DNA of 64,000 nt. Source: Setoptus koraiensis (taxonomy: Eukaryota > Animalia > Arthropoda). Below the pieces are notes generated by a model that made no database searches, had not been told where the DNA came from, and saw only the letters and a program-made list of their open reading frames with translations. Every line of letters starts with the position of its first letter. Within the stretch, counting starts at the first letter, position 1. The DNA lies in contig CM106585.1 of the NCBI GenBank assembly GCA_048013815.1, positions 6,572,001-6,636,000 of the forward strand. The letters are read 5' to 3'. The position numbers and the translations under genes were made by a program. Of the stretch, positions 62,481 through 64,000 are shown piece by piece.

Positions 62481-64000
62481 ATTCGCGTACGTGCGCAACA
62501 TTCAAATATCCGTCAGCTAATATCCGTCGATATTTCGCCGCCAATGCAACTGCATGCATATCCATCGCCATCGCCATGCTTCGGGGGCCCAATATGCATA
62601 TCGAGCCAATATACATATATCACGTCATCACAATATCGTCGTCATGTTGACGTATGTGCGCGTTGCCATGTTCGCGATGACGGCATCGCTCTCATGCTCG
62701 GCTGCTGCCAATTGTCGAGATGGCGCAACTTGATAGTCAACGGCGACAACGGCGCACATCGCGAAAACTGTGCCAAATCGCGCATCCTGTGCCGACTCTT
62801 CGATCTCTCTGCGCGGTGCCAGCACGATGCCGGCACGATGCCGGCAAGGCCATGTTGGCGAGACGATCGTTCGCGAACGGCGACATGCCCGCTCGGCGCG
62901 GTGTCGCATTGTTTGATTTGCGAGCTAGTTAGCGAGCTCGTTAGCGCTGGGCGACTCTAGCGACTTTCGCGACTCTCGCGACTCTCGCGACTAGCGACGC
63001 TAGCGACCTCGGCGACCGCATATCCATTGCAACGGCGGCTGCATATACAGCGCGACGGCGGCCGCCTATCCAGCGCGACGGCGACTGGATATCCATTGGA
63101 ACGGATGGCGAAAGTAATTGAATAACGGCGCCTGATTTATCAATGGATTTATCAATGAATTTATCGCCGCCCGACAATCGACAAGGCTTGTCACCGAGAG
63201 GCGCTGTCATTATTTTTCACAATAGCCCGTTGTATTTCATTTCGGCTCGTTCCGTTTCGTTTTTCATTCTTCTTTTCATTTGTCGTCGTTCGCCGAGAGC
63301 CACGTCGCGCGCCAAAGCGACTCGCTAGGCGATGCGAAATATCCGTCGGCGCCGGGCAAGTGTATCCAACGTCAAACTGGCGCACGTTGCCGCGAACGGG
63401 GCCCCTCGAAGCGGGCATAATCGCGCCCGCGAGACGAGATATTTGTGAAACTTGAGTGTTTGTCGCCGGCGACAAACACGACTCGGCCAGCTGTATAACT
63501 GGCGCCCGGCGATATAACTAAATCGCCCATAGCGATACACTTTTATCGGCGCATATCGGCGCATATCGGCGCGTATCTCCGCGTATCGCCGCATGTCGCT
63601 ATATGTCACATATCGCTGGGGCGATATATGGGGCGGCCAACTGTGGCGCCTCAATTGATTCGCCAGGGGCTGCGACGCCGATGAAATATATATGAGATAA
63701 TGTATTCGGCAGTATGTTTAACGCACTGGCGCTGGTATATTTAGCATCGGCATCCACCGGCGCCCAGCCCGGGTGTGGGCGCCCCGCGAGCCGGCGAGCC
63801 GGCGCGCCGTAAGTGCTTGTACGGCTGCCCGGCGCTGAATGGGCCCGCGAATCGCGAGTCGCAGCGTCGGGATAATGTCACAATGGCCGCCCGATCGGCG
63901 ATTGATTGTCGCCGATCACAGCCGCCGCCGCGCTGCAGCTGGATGCAGCATTGACCGGGCACAGAGCGGATTCCGCGCGCGGATTGCGACCCGCTTCCGC

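Noticed and set aside
62160-62501. 113-aa minus-strand ORF (ANIR repeats)
   Set aside because: The N-terminal part derives from the 12-bp minisatellite and the remainder has no recognisable motif.

Overview
Eukaryotic (arthropod, probably mite; inference) genomic DNA in two contrasting domains. Bases 1 to about 8,100 are AT-rich and gene-dense with almost no microsatellites: PRORP (protein-only mitochondrial RNase P), Vps37, an intronless triosephosphate isomerase, a 3-exon HHAT/Rasp MBOAT acyltransferase, and a stand-alone NPC1 N-terminal-domain gene broken by a +1 frameshift. From about 9 kb to 64 kb the DNA is more GC-rich and full of CAA/CAG/AAC microsatellites and minisatellites. It holds only three recognisable genes, all on the minus strand and all inflated with low-complexity sequence: a Tlx/C15 homeobox gene (about 930 aa, 15.2-kb last intron), an ABCG half-transporter (about 1,270 aa) and an allatostatin-C/somatostatin-type GPCR (about 1,620 aa). 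The most striking items are the phase-2 modular splicing of Tlx (a 27-nt recognition-helix microexon, a hidden 744-nt in-frame exon and a tandem array of perfect CAG|GTAAGT sites in the large intron), the NPC1-NTD frameshift at a CTT-TAA site, and the density of bZIP palindromes (TTGCGCAA, TTACGTAA) in the repeat-rich domain. All exon models were derived by hand from splice signals, reading frame and family motifs. No databases were searched.
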